Assembly (NCBI GenBank): GCA_023388995.1 | Contig: JAEWFD010000045.1 | Location: forward strand, 44,497-108,496 | DNA length: 64,000 bases | Origin: Bacillota bacterium | GTDB lineage: Bacteria; Bacillota_I; Bacilli_A; Erysipelotrichales; Erysipelotrichaceae | Direction of reading: 5' to 3' | In this document: in pieces, positions 39,026 through 48,556 of the stretch | How positions within the stretch are numbered: position 1 is the stretch's first letter | Layout of the letters: every line of letters starts with the position of its first letter | The notes under the pieces: generated by a model | Seen by the model: only the letters and a program-made list of their open reading frames with translations | The model's database searches: none | What the model was told of the DNA's origin: nothing | Program-made: the position numbers and the translations under genes

Positions 39026-41569
39026 TTAGACTTCAATATAAAATTGGTTATTTCTTACCTGCAGCTTCCAGTCAGCACGATCTTGGATTGTTGTTTCAAT
39101 CATCTTTCGTGCCAGCATCGATTCCAGATTACGTTGCATGTAGCGGCGCATTGGTCGTGCACCGTATACTGTATCACTGCCTTGTTCAACAATTAAGTCA
39201 ATGACACTTTCATCATATTCCAAATAGACACTTTGGTTGCGCAGACGAAGCACCAGTTCATCCATGAATTTTCTTGCTATTTCCCGCATCGTAGTTGGTG
39301 ACAAAGCATCAAAGATGACAATTTCATCAATCCGGTTAATAAATTCCGGTTTGAAATGCTGGCGAAGTGCTTGCATATACTGCGTTTCCTGCATGTCCTT
39401 AGTACCGCTAGCACCACTTCCTAAGTTGCTGGTCATAATCAAAATGGTGTTCTTGAAGTCAACCGTTATCCCTTTGGAGTCGGTGATGCGACCATCGTCC
39501 AGTATTTGCAGCAATACATGGAATACATCCGGATGAGCTTTTTCTACTTCATCCAGCAAAACAATGCTATAAGGTTGGCGTCGTACTGCTTCTGTTAATT
39601 GCCCGCCTTCTTCATATCCAACGTATCCCGGAGGCGCACCAATCAATCTGGCAACACTATGTTTCTCCATATACTCTGACATATCGATCCGAACCATTTT
39701 CGTTTCGCTGTCAAATAAAGCAACAGCCAAAGCCTTCGCAACTTCCGTTTTACCCACACCTGTTGGACCTAGGAATAAGAAGCTGCCAATCGGCTTGCTT
39801 TCATCTTGAATTTGCGCCTTGGATCGCAAGATTGCCTGAGACACAACATCCAGCGCTTCATCCTGTCCCTTAACGCGCAACTTCAATTCGTCTTTCAAAT
39901 GCAGCAGCTTTTGTCTCATGCTGGTCATGAGCTTGCCCACTTCAATTTGCGTCCATTTAGAAACAATTCCGGCAATCATCTCTTCATCAACAATTTCCCG
40001 CAGCAAAGTTTTCCCTTCTGCGTTATTTTGCAGGGTTGCCAGTTTGCGTTCCAATTCAGGAAGTGTTGCATATTGGAGCTTCGCAGCCTTTTCATAAAGT
40101 GCCGCATTCTGTGCTTGTTCCAATTCTACTTTTGCACGCTCGATTTCCTCTTTGATTTTCTTTTGCTGTTCGAGTTCCTGCTTTTCTTTGAGCCAGATTG
40201 CTTCCAGTTTGCTTTTATCTTCCTTCCATCCATTCAGCTCTTCCCGGAGTTCCGCCAAGCGCTCCTTGGTTTTCGCATCTGCTTCTTTCTTCAATGCCAT
40301 CTCTTCAATCTCTGCTTGCATAATCTTTCGATTCAAAGCATCCAGCTCACTTGGCATCGAGTCAATCTGAACCCGAATGGATGCACAAGCTTCATCAATC
40401 AAGTCAATTGCTTTATCCGGCAAAAACCGGTCGGCAATATAGCGTGAGGATAAATTGGCAGCCGCAATGATTGCTTCATCCAAAATCTGCACGCCATGAT
40501 GTGACTCAAAGCGATCTTTCAGTCCTCTCAAAATCGATACGGTATCGTCGATGGTTGGTTCTTGCACCTGCACTTTTTGGAACCGCCGTTCCAAAGCCGC
40601 ATCTTTTTCAATATATTGGCGATATTCATGGAAGGTTGTTGCACCGATACAACGTAACTCACCGCGTGCCAGCATCGGTTTCAGCAAGTTCGCTGCGTCC
40701 ATGGCACCATCTGTTTTGCCTGCTCCGACCAAGTTATGAATTTCATCAATGAAGAGGACAATTTCCCCATCCGCTTCTTCGATTTCTTGAAGCACCGCTT
40801 TTAGGCGTTCTTCAAATTCACCACGATACTTTGCACCGGCAATCAAGGAACCCATGTCCAACTCTATAATTCGTTTATTTTGCAGGCCGAACGGGACGTC
40901 CCCTTTCATAATACGCCACGCCAATCCCTCAACAATAGCTGTTTTCCCAACTCCCGGTTCCCCGATAAGAATCGGATTATTTTTTGTTTTTCGTGACAAG
41001 ATTTGCACTACCCGGCGAATTTCTTCATCCCGGCCGATGATCGGGTCTAATTTTCCGTTTCGTACATCCTCTACCAAGTCACGTCCATATTTTTCAAGAG
41101 CTTGCAGTTGCTCCTCTGAATTCATTTGATTCATTGCTCTTCCTCCTTTCAACTGATGGTACAGCGAAAGCATGGTGCTTTCCTCTAGTTGAATCAAGTT
41201 TTTCACTGCTGTTGAAGCATGCTTGTAATACAGCGCAAACCACATGGCGGTAACGCTGACATAGGTTTCTTGTTCTTTGGTACTCCATACCTGCGCTTCC
41301 TGCATTGCTTCATATACTTCTTTGGAGAGTGAAGGCTCACTGCCTTCATTCACGACCGGCAACTGCCGGATCTGATTCTCCAATACTTGCAATACTTGTT
41401 TTATTTGGATTTTCTGTTTTTTTAGGATTCGTGTAATAGGCGTATCTTGTTTCAGGATCTGCTTCATCAAATGGCATCCCATTACTTGCGGATTTTTTCG
41501 CTGCTTAACCTCTTCTATGGCTTCCATAAAAACCTTCTGCAGTCCTTCATTCATCTTCTCAAAATGCAT
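39026..41569 (-). CDS. clpB: AAA+ disaggregase ClpB
   Basis: Two AAA modules ([18 protein letters not shown]), a long coiled-coil middle domain, and no ClpP-binding IGF loop evident. 847 aa. Confidence 0.95.
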   Translation of the reverse strand: MHFEKMNEGLQKVFMEAIEEVKQRKNPQVMGCHLMKQILKQDTPITRILKKQKIQIKQVLQVLENQIRQLPVVNEGSEPSLSKEVYEAMQEAQVWSTKEQETYVSVTAMWFALYYKHASTAVKNLIQLEESTMLSLYHQLKGGRAMNQMNSEEQLQALEKYGRDLVEDVRNGKLDPIIGRDEEIRRVVQILSRKTKNNPILIGEPGVGKTAIVEGLAWRIMKGDVPFGLQNKRIIELDMGSLIAGAKYRGEFEERLKAVLQEIEEADGEIVLFIDEIHNLVGAGKTDGAMDAANLLKPMLARGELRCIGATTFHEYRQYIEKDAALERRFQKVQVQEPTIDDTVSILRGLKDRFESHHGVQILDEAIIAAANLSSRYIADRFLPDKAIDLIDEACASIRVQIDSMPSELDALNRKIMQAEIEEMALKKEADAKTKERLAELREELNGWKEDKSKLEAIWLKEKQELEQQKKIKEEIERAKVELEQAQNAALYEKAAKLQYATLPELERKLATLQNNAEGKTLLREIVDEEMIAGIVSKWTQIEVGKLMTSMRQKLLHLKDELKLRVKGQDEALDVVSQAILRSKAQIQDESKPIGSFLFLGPTGVGKTEVAKALAVALFDSETKMVRIDMSEYMEKHSVARLIGAPPGYVGYEEGGQLTEAVRRQPYSIVLLDEVEKAHPDVFHVLLQILDDGRITDSKGITVDFKNTILIMTSNLGSGASGTKDMQETQYMQALRQHFKPEFINRIDEIVIFDALSPTTMREIARKFMDELVLRLRNQSVYLEYDESVIDLIVEQGSDTVYGARPMRRYMQRNLESMLARKMIETTIQDRADWKLQVRNNQFYIEV

Positions 41570-41581
41570 CCAATCACCTCT

Positions 41582-41608
41582 TTAGCACTCTCTTACACTA
41601 TGTGCTAA
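41582..41608 (-). promoter_or_regulatory. CIRCE operator B (HrcA site), downstream of the -10
   Basis: On the minus strand: TTAGCACAT-N9-GAGTGCTAA, compared with the consensus TTAGCACTC-N9-GAGTGCTAA. Left arm 7/9, right arm 9/9. Confidence 0.7.
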
Positions 41609-41612
41609 ATGT

Positions 41613-41640
41613 AGTATAGCACATCCGTTAGCAATGTCAA
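41613..41640 (-). promoter_or_regulatory. SigA-type promoter of clpB
   Basis: On the minus strand: TTGACA (41635-41640), 16 nt spacer, TATACT (41613-41618). Confidence 0.65.
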
Positions 41641-41654
41641 GCATAGAGTGCTAA
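41628..41654 (-). promoter_or_regulatory. CIRCE operator A (HrcA site), overlapping the -35
   Basis: On the minus strand: TTAGCACTC-N9-CATTGCTAA. Left arm 9/9, right arm 7/9. Confidence 0.7.
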
Positions 41655-41724
41655 TTTCTTTATCTTCAGATATCATTTTTAACTTCTAAAAAAGACCAAG
41701 ACTAAGGAGCAGTGAGATAAGTAA

Positions 41725-41760
41725 ACAAGCAAACCGGTGAGGAAAAAATTCCTCACCGGC
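41725..41760 (-). terminator. Terminator after the P-loop kinase gene
   Basis: On the minus strand: ccggtgaggaa-tttt-ttcctcaccgg followed by a T-rich tail. Confidence 0.7.
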
Positions 41761-41804
41761 TATGTTTTTCGGCGGTATAAATAGAGAAAAGACCACCTAA
41801 TACT

Positions 41805-42383
41805 CTACGATAAAAACTTCAATGCTCTATCAATAGCCGTGTCCCACGGTCTTGATTCCAACAGAGGAATTTCTAACCCTTTGCACATATCGGAAATCCA
41901 GTTGCCATATGCGACACTTATTGCAGCTCTGAAATTCTGTGTGTTTCCCCCTTCTCTATCTAAATAGTTTTGTACTATTTGATTTTCATCAGCTTCCTGT
42001 ATGAAAAGGGATTTCACCTCAGGATTATCAAAAGAAGCGGCAAATTCGGGATAGAGAAAATCTCCTTCAATAATGACCGGAACACCTGCTTCAATATGAT
42101 TATCAACAATCGCTTTCAGTGCCGGTGTTATTTCTTTACTTACACGAATTAGCCAATCAACATTTCCGGAGATTCCAATATCTTTCCAATTTACCCCGGT
42201 GCTCCAATAATTAATTGCCGAAAGTTCTTCTGTTGTTGTCATAGCCTTTATCGCTTGACCGATATCGTCTATCTCTAATACACTCAGCTCATAGTAGCGT
42301 GCTAATTCATAGGCAATACTCGATTTGCCGACTCCAGAAGGTCCGCCTATTAATAAAACTGTCCAATTTCTATTCTTTTTCAA
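41805..42383 (-). CDS. P-loop NTPase, 2-phosphoglycerate-kinase-like (COG2074-like)
   Basis: Walker A LIGGPSGVGKSSIAYELA followed by EIDDIGQAIK, 192 aa. The gene is visibly A+T-rich. Confidence 0.5.
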   Translation of the reverse strand: MKKNRNWTVLLIGGPSGVGKSSIAYELARYYELSVLEIDDIGQAIKAMTTTEELSAINYWSTGVNWKDIGISGNVDWLIRVSKEITPALKAIVDNHIEAGVPVIIEGDFLYPEFAASFDNPEVKSLFIQEADENQIVQNYLDREGGNTQNFRAAISVAYGNWISDMCKGLEIPLLESRPWDTAIDRALKFLS

Positions 42384-42577
42384 TATAATTACCTCTCTTT
42401 TAGGAAAGTTAAATCAATATCACTCTCCATATTTTTTCGCCCATAAAAGCAACTCATTTCACGTCAACTCCTATTTGTATCTAGATTCCTGAAATAGAAA
42501 TCGAGTTTAGAAAGATCTAGACAATAGTTTTCCGTAAGTGTAGCAACATTTTCTATGGTTACTATTTTCTATCATAA

Positions 42578-42622
42578 CAAAAACTGATATAGTATGCAAA
42601 CAACTGTATCAGTTTTTGTTTT
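42578..42622 (-). terminator. Terminator after sigF
   Basis: On the minus strand: aaaactgatacag-(11 nt)-ctatatcagtttt (one mismatch) followed by TGTT. Confidence 0.6.
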
Positions 42623-42656
42623 CTTATATCAGAGCATGTTAACTCGATCTTTTTTC

Positions 42657-43388
42657 TTACTTCCCCTCTAACTTATGCAATAAATATTCCAGTATTCTTT
42701 TTTCCATTCTTGATACTTGTACCTGACTGATACCAAATTTCTTTGCAATACTATCCTGATTCATTTCTTTGTAGTAGCGATAAAAAAGGAACGTTTGATC
42801 TCTTTGTTCCAAGAGCTTGATTTCATCTTTTAACGCCAGTAAAGAAACAACATCAATTGTTTTTGGTTCCTTCATCCGATCTTCCAGTGTCGTAGAATTG
42901 CCTTCTTTGTCGTAGATTGGTTCATCCATGGATGCCACAAATTGATTCGCTTCAAATGCCTGCAAGACATCTTCCACATCCAGATTGCTTTTTTCAGCTA
43001 ACTCATAGTACGTTGGTTCCCGATGTAAGCTTTGAATCATTTCATCACGCAGTTTACTTAATTTCAAATAATTTTCTTTTACCGAACGTGAGACATGAAT
43101 ACTTCCTTCATCGCGAAAATAACGTTTGATTTCTCCTAATATGATCGGAACAGCATAGGTAGAAAACTTTACCTTAAAGCTAGCATCAAAATTATTGATT
43201 GCCTTCACAAGTCCCAGGCAACCAACCTGAAATAACTCATCCTGCGGGATTCTGGATTGTTTGAACCGATGGATCAATGACCAGACAAGTCCGAGGTTTT
43301 GTTCCACCATCTGACTTTTTGCAGCCTCGTCACCCGCTTGCGCCATTTCCAGCAACTCTTCGACACGATATTCCTTAACGCTGCTCAT
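42657..43388 (-). CDS. sigF: Sporulation sigma factor SigF
   Basis: Sigma-70 regions 2-4 (FSTYAVPIILGEIKRYFRDEG). Third gene after spoIIAA-spoIIAB. Confidence 0.9.
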   Translation of the reverse strand: MSSVKEYRVEELLEMAQAGDEAAKSQMVEQNLGLVWSLIHRFKQSRIPQDELFQVGCLGLVKAINNFDASFKVKFSTYAVPIILGEIKRYFRDEGSIHVSRSVKENYLKLSKLRDEMIQSLHREPTYYELAEKSNLDVEDVLQAFEANQFVASMDEPIYDKEGNSTTLEDRMKEPKTIDVVSLLALKDEIKLLEQRDQTFLFYRYYKEMNQDSIAKKFGISQVQVSRMEKRILEYLLHKLEGK

Positions 43389-43812
43389 GCGCGAATTGCA
43401 AGCGTTTCTTCATGGTGACACTGGTACCGCCACCCAGAATGGATTCTACCTTGCACTCATCCGCAAATGATTCCATGATCGTGAAGCCCATGCCACTACG
43501 TTCCAAATGAGCTTTACTTGTATATAATGGGGTTTTTGCCAACTCTATATTTTCAATGCCAACCCCTTCATCCTTCACCAAGATCGTTAACTCTAACTCT
43601 TCATTCATATCCAGCGATAAAAAGACCATTCCTTGATTGTCAATTTCATAGCCGTGAATAATCGCATTCGCAACTGCTTCTGCCACCATTGTTTTAATTT
43701 CCATCATTTCATCAATGGAAGGATTGTATGGAAGTAAAAAAGCACTGACAATACTGCGTGCAAGGGTCTCATTTTGCAGATGTGCCATAAACAAACATTC
43801 CATTCGATTCAT
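43375..43812 (-). CDS. spoIIAB: Anti-sigma F factor SpoIIAB (serine kinase)
   Basis: HATPase_c N-box (EAVANAIIHG) and G-boxes (DEGVGI, GMGFT). ATG 43810-43812 overlaps the spoIIAA stop (ATGA). Confidence 0.9.
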   Translation of the reverse strand: MNRMECLFMAHLQNETLARSIVSAFLLPYNPSIDEMMEIKTMVAEAVANAIIHGYEIDNQGMVFLSLDMNEELELTILVKDEGVGIENIELAKTPLYTSKAHLERSGMGFTIMESFADECKVESILGGGTSVTMKKRLQFAHEQR

Positions 43813-44135
43813 CGTACTTCCTCCTTCTTTTTGCTGTTCACACAGGTTACCAGCTGGTAGATGCCCGATATTTCCAGTATTTTGCTGACATGCGGATGAA
43901 TGCCGCAAATCTGCAATTTGCTGCCCATCTGATATAGCTGTTTGTATCTTGCCAAGATAAATCCAATGGAGGAACTATCCAGATACTTCACATCTTCCAA
44001 ATCCAAAATTACCGTTTCCGGCCGCTTCTGCTCAATCAATGCCACAACTTTTTCCCTTGTTTCCCAAACTTCCAAACTACCTAATTCCCCATGAAACTGA
44101 ATCAACAGCTGATTCTCTTTCACATAATATTCCAT
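43809..44135 (-). CDS. spoIIAA: Anti-sigma F factor antagonist SpoIIAA (STAS)
   Basis: STAS domain with a phosphorylatable Ser in the LDSSSIG context. 108 aa. Confidence 0.9.
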   Translation of the reverse strand: MEYYVKENQLLIQFHGELGSLEVWETREKVVALIEQKRPETVILDLEDVKYLDSSSIGFILARYKQLYQMGSKLQICGIHPHVSKILEISGIYQLVTCVNSKKKEEVR

Positions 44136-44414
44136 ACGCCACCTCCGCTTTCTATTCTAATTTATTTCTTAAATTTTTGGAGAAATCCGACAAAGCATCC
44201 TTTTTTCTGACAAATATTTCATAATATTGCGGACATAAAAAAAAGCTGTTTCCAACTTGTTCAAACGAATCACTTAAATTATTTCACCTTCATAAAAACA
44301 ACTAGTCCATCTTTAAAGCTAAATTAATACATTCATTTTCCCATATTGAACTCTAATTGTTTGTAGATCGCCAATTATTATAAAGTATAATAGCTATAGA
44401 CACTTTATAGACGC

Positions 44415-44442
44415 AAAGAAGTCGGATCTCTCCGACTTCTTT
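44415..44442. other. Perfect 12-bp stem-loop at the edge of the RhuM islet
   Basis: aaagaagtcgga-tctc-tccgacttcttt. No clean U-tract on either strand. Confidence 0.5.
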
Positions 44443-44642
44443 AAGTATGTATCCTCGAATGCATACCCCAATTAGCATTCATAATATGACCTATTTCTAA
44501 AATATACAAGAGTTAAATTTTTTCAATCCATTCATTCGCACACAAATCTTCAATGCACGCAAATTGAAGTAAGCGATTATTATTCAAACTATTTTTCTTC
44601 ATTTATGTACTGCGGAATCATTCTAATCTGCATACATATCAA

Positions 44643-45698
44643 TCAATCCTTACTTATCTTTTTCAGCGAGTGTTCCAAAGCAATAAATTTGTCAAAATCA
44701 CTTTCAAATAGCCGATCTTGGACGATACGATATTTTTCATATTCTGTTTCCGCATGCAATTTAGCTTGCTCATGAGAAGTTTTACCCGCATCCATTTGAA
44801 TCTCATTTCCATTAAATTCTAAAAAACCATCCAACCGTTTTGCCCAATCATTCATTGTCATCGGAATATGCCGCTCTGCTTGTAATTCTGCGAAATCTAA
44901 ATACAGCGATACAATTCGTGCGAGATAGTTCATCTCTTGCTCATTTAAATAGTTTTTAGCAATAGCTACATCTGCTTTAATGATTTTACCGTGGGGGGCG
45001 GTTTCCCATGTGGTCAACCCCATATGATTCTGATTAGAGTCAGCACGTTCTACAATTAGTTCAGCTGCAGTATGTCGATGTACAGCATAATGCAATTTAT
45101 TTTGTACCATTTGAAAAAATTCTCTCGTTGCATTGGCATCTTTATCGTAATCAAAAGCAGTAGCATAAATATCTGTTACCTTCTGATAAAATTTACGTTC
45201 AGACATTCGAATTTCGCGGATGGTTTGCAGCTGTCTTTCAAAATATTCATCGGTAAACATATGCCCCTCTTTCAAGCGATCCACATCCATAACCCATCCT
45301 TGGATGGTATACTCTTTAACAACTTGTCCTGCCCATTTACGGAATCGTACAGCATTATCATTGTTTACCTTAAAACCAACTGCAATAATCATTTGCAAGT
45401 TGTAATGCAATCTTTCTCGAGCAACTTGGCGATTGCCCTCAGTTTGAACTGTTCGGAATTTCCGAACAGTTGCTTCTTCGACCAATTCACCATCTGTATA
45501 TATCCTGGCAATATGCTCATTGATTGTAGTGACACTAACATCATAAAGTGCCGCCATCATCTTTTGCGTCAACCAGATATTTTCGTTTTCGTAGCGCATC
45601 TCATAAGACTTCTCATCATCACCTGCAGCAGCTACATAAGTGAGATATTCTGCTGCACCCGAATGAATCGTAATCTCATTGTTTTTTTTCTTTACCAT
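44643..45698 (-). CDS. rhuM: RhuM-family protein
   Basis: The N-terminal block AEYLTY...ENIWLTQKMMAALYDVSVTTINEHI..IY..GEL..EATVRKFR.VQ.EG.RQV.R....YNL.MIIAVGFKVN is characteristic of RhuM. 351 aa. A+T-rich. Confidence 0.75.
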   Translation of the reverse strand: MVKKKNNEITIHSGAAEYLTYVAAAGDDEKSYEMRYENENIWLTQKMMAALYDVSVTTINEHIARIYTDGELVEEATVRKFRTVQTEGNRQVARERLHYNLQMIIAVGFKVNNDNAVRFRKWAGQVVKEYTIQGWVMDVDRLKEGHMFTDEYFERQLQTIREIRMSERKFYQKVTDIYATAFDYDKDANATREFFQMVQNKLHYAVHRHTAAELIVERADSNQNHMGLTTWETAPHGKIIKADVAIAKNYLNEQEMNYLARIVSLYLDFAELQAERHIPMTMNDWAKRLDGFLEFNGNEIQMDAGKTSHEQAKLHAETEYEKYRIVQDRLFESDFDKFIALEHSLKKISKD

Positions 45699-46244
45699 TT
45701 CATATCACCCCATTTTCAGACAAAGTATAACATCCACTACACAATTTGATTTATCGTGTATGTTGATTCACTTTCCAAGTTCTGTTTAAAGCTGCATTGC
45801 GATAATCAAACATTTTTACCAAACTATTTATCTTTCATATTGCATATTGTAACATATTTTAATTTTAGAAATAAGTGCTGTAAATAGAATAGCATGATTA
45901 ACATATATTTTGCTCGTTTTTCTAACCGTATATGCTGCATCTAAAGGGGATGTTAATACAATGGCTATGATATCTTTAGAGGATACAATTATACTGAAAA
46001 CTGCAAGTATGATTGCCAGAGTAGAACCACAATTGAAAATACAAGGTGAGGATTCTTACATCAAATTGTCTTTATCAAGGTCTGTCTTTTGAGTTAAAAA
46101 TCCCTTAAAATAAACACCTCCTACGAGTATGTTTCGGAAGAAGAATTTTATCGAGAAATGAGAAAGAATGAAAAATCGTCGACAAGGTAGAACTGTCACA
46201 GCACAGTTTTGTTCGGAAGAAAGCACAAATGCCAGAATTATTGT

Positions 46245-46279
46245 GTCAAAAAAATGACACCTAACCAAGCGTGTCATTT
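46245..46279 (-). terminator. Terminator after dacF
   Basis: On the minus strand: aatgacac-(10 nt)-gtgtcatt followed by TTTTTT. Confidence 0.65.
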
Positions 46280-46284
46280 TCTCA

Positions 46285-47481
46285 CTAAAACCAGAACCGA
46301 TTCATGGTATTCTTCAAAACATCAAAATACGTTAACGGTATCACATCTTCCCCCACGATCAAATCTGACTCCACCACAATCCCATCCACCATCTGGACTT
46401 TTATTTTCCCCACAACTTCACCACTTACTAACGGTGCCGTTGTTTTACTCAAGATAACTTCTGATTTCGCAAGACTGTTTCCTTGACCCTTTTGAATAAT
46501 CTCCCTGATTTCATCCTTAATCTTCACATCGACCATTTTAGGTTTGCCGTTCTCCACTTGCATCTGCTGGATCACTTGATCTTTCACATAAAGCGGCAAC
46601 GTATCATATAAGCCAAATCCATAATCCATCAGCTTGGTAACTTCTTTGTTGCGAATGGCAGATGTCGGTTCTTTCATGACAACTGCAATTAAACGCAGCC
46701 CACCACGCTTTGTTGTAACTGTAATGCAATATTTGGAATCCTGTGTAAAGCCCGTTTTCAACCCATCTGTACCCTCATAGAATCGGACCAGCTTATTGGT
46801 GTTTACGAGCCAGAACTTATTATCAGTATCTTCCCGAACATAGGCATCATACGTAGAAGTATATTTCAGCAGCGCATCTCCACCTACCCTAACAAGCTCT
46901 CTGCCAATCATAGCCATGTCATAAGCCGTGGAATAATGTTCCGGATCATGCAGCCCGCTGGCATTGGTAAAGTGGGTATTCGATAAGCCTATTTTCTTGG
47001 CACGGTCATTCATCATCTGCACAAAATTTTCTTCTGATGACGCAATCTTTTCTCCCAAAGCAACGATTGCATCGTTGGCACTGGCAATGGCTACAGATTT
47101 AAATAAATCATCAACCCGCATCTGTTCCAGTGGCTTCAAATAGATTTGCGAACCTCCCATACTGGCTGCATGTTCACTCACGGTAACAATCGTATCCCAT
47201 GTTAATTTTCCTTGATTAATTGCCTCCATGATCAGCAGCATTCCCATCATTTTGGTCATGGATGCCGGATAAAGCCGCTCATGTTCCTGCTTGCCGTAAA
47301 TGACTTTGCCACCATTGACTTCTATCAAAATGGAACTTGCAGCATTTGGGGTTAAATCCTCCGCCGCATATACTTTTTGCTGTCCTGCTAAAAACATAAA
47401 TAGTGCCAGAAGCAAGCAAAAACACTTCATTTGCTTCCTAACTATTTTGATCATAGATTGTTGATACTGCCTCACGTTCAT
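46285..47481 (-). CDS. dacF: D-alanyl-D-alanine carboxypeptidase (S11; DacF/DacB-like)
   Basis: Signal peptide, SxxK (SMTK), SxN, KTG (KTGFT). Sits upstream of spoIIA as in Bacillus. Confidence 0.85.
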   Translation of the reverse strand: MNVRQYQQSMIKIVRKQMKCFCLLLALFMFLAGQQKVYAAEDLTPNAASSILIEVNGGKVIYGKQEHERLYPASMTKMMGMLLIMEAINQGKLTWDTIVTVSEHAASMGGSQIYLKPLEQMRVDDLFKSVAIASANDAIVALGEKIASSEENFVQMMNDRAKKIGLSNTHFTNASGLHDPEHYSTAYDMAMIGRELVRVGGDALLKYTSTYDAYVREDTDNKFWLVNTNKLVRFYEGTDGLKTGFTQDSKYCITVTTKRGGLRLIAVVMKEPTSAIRNKEVTKLMDYGFGLYDTLPLYVKDQVIQQMQVENGKPKMVDVKIKDEIREIIQKGQGNSLAKSEVILSKTTAPLVSGEVVGKIKVQMVDGIVVESDLIVGEDVIPLTYFDVLKNTMNRFWF

Positions 47482-47621
47482 AGCGCCACCTCATTGTATT
47501 GTATGTACGAAAGCCTATTTTTTAGAATAAAACTCCCTTATATTCCAAATGAGTCCGGAAATAAAAGCGCAGCAAAACCATCTATCTGAAGATGCCAAAG
47601 CGATGCCCTTCTATTTACGCA

Positions 47622-47647
47622 GCAAAAAACACCCTTTGCGGGTGTTC
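47622..47647 (-). terminator. Terminator after the transglutaminase-like lipoprotein gene
   Basis: On the minus strand: aacaccc-gcaaa-gggtgtt followed by TTTTGC. Confidence 0.6.
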
Positions 47648-48538
47648 TTATGGATAGATACGTTTCATGCTTTCTTCATACTGTTCAGCATTCATGCCAA
47701 TCTCGTTGCCATCATCAAAGATATGCTGCCCCAAGGCAATCAGCTCCTCCTTGGAAAGCAGGAAAAAGGTATCGTGAATGACATCAGCCTGATCCGGAAC
47801 CGGATCATCAAATGTCACATCCACATAGTACCATTCATCTGCAAGCTTCACCGCATTCCAAGCATGATTCATCTCTTGTGCTTCCACAATATAAGCAGGA
47901 ATACCCAGTTCATCCATAAACAGCAAGAATGAACGGGCATAGCCCTCGCATACTGCTTTCTGTCCAATCAATGCGCCATAAGCCGTTAGTGAAAAATCAT
48001 CAGATGCCAGAGAAGTATCTGCAGCACTTTGTGAATCATATACAGTATAACGTACTAGATAATCATGTACAAAGCGTACTTGGTCAAACAAATCCATGGC
48101 AGCAACTTGATTTTCTTGAATCACTTCCCGCACTTTCGCCAGCGCTTCTTCTTGCTCTTTTTCATGAAGCAATTCCACTCGCATCATCCCAAAATCATGA
48201 GAACTCCCATAATAGAGACGCATCCGTTCAAAAGATAAGCTGCGCAGCAAGGTCATGACATGTTCCACTTGAATTTCATCCTGCAATTCATAGTAAAGTT
48301 CAAAATCCTTGGAACCGTTTGCCAGCACATGCATGCCTTTGACTAAATCGATGGTATCTGCAAAGCGGAATACACGCTGCACTTTACCATTAATTTGTTT
48401 CCGGTAAAATTCATAGCGGTTTTCGCCTGATTCCAAATAACTTGCTTGCGTAACATGCTTCGATGGTATATAGGGATAGATCGCACAGCCTGTCAGCATA
48501 AAACAAATGAGCACCCAAACTACTCGACGCAATTTCAT
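47648..48538 (-). CDS. Transglutaminase-like cysteine protease lipoprotein
   Basis: Lipobox MLTGC at the N-terminus. Transglutaminase core C...H...D (KAVCEGYA, NHAWNAV, YVDVTFDD). Confidence 0.75.
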   Translation of the reverse strand: MKLRRVVWVLICFMLTGCAIYPYIPSKHVTQASYLESGENRYEFYRKQINGKVQRVFRFADTIDLVKGMHVLANGSKDFELYYELQDEIQVEHVMTLLRSLSFERMRLYYGSSHDFGMMRVELLHEKEQEEALAKVREVIQENQVAAMDLFDQVRFVHDYLVRYTVYDSQSAADTSLASDDFSLTAYGALIGQKAVCEGYARSFLLFMDELGIPAYIVEAQEMNHAWNAVKLADEWYYVDVTFDDPVPDQADVIHDTFFLLSKEELIALGQHIFDDGNEIGMNAEQYEESMKRIYP

Positions 48539-48556
48539 ACCCCCTCTACTTTAGAT

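Noticed and set aside
44136-44260. SigH-type promoter upstream of spoIIAA, and SigF/SigG-type promoter upstream of dacF (47482-47560)
   Set aside because: I found AGGAT- and GAAT-like pieces, but not at the required spacing, so no convincing match to either consensus. They are left uncalled.
44513-44602. 29-aa minus-strand ORF (MKKNSLNNNRLLQFACIEDLCANEWIEKI) downstream of rhuM
   Set aside because: It has no Shine-Dalgarno sequence and no recognisable family. It is more likely chance or a relic, and is mentioned only in the RhuM islet finding.
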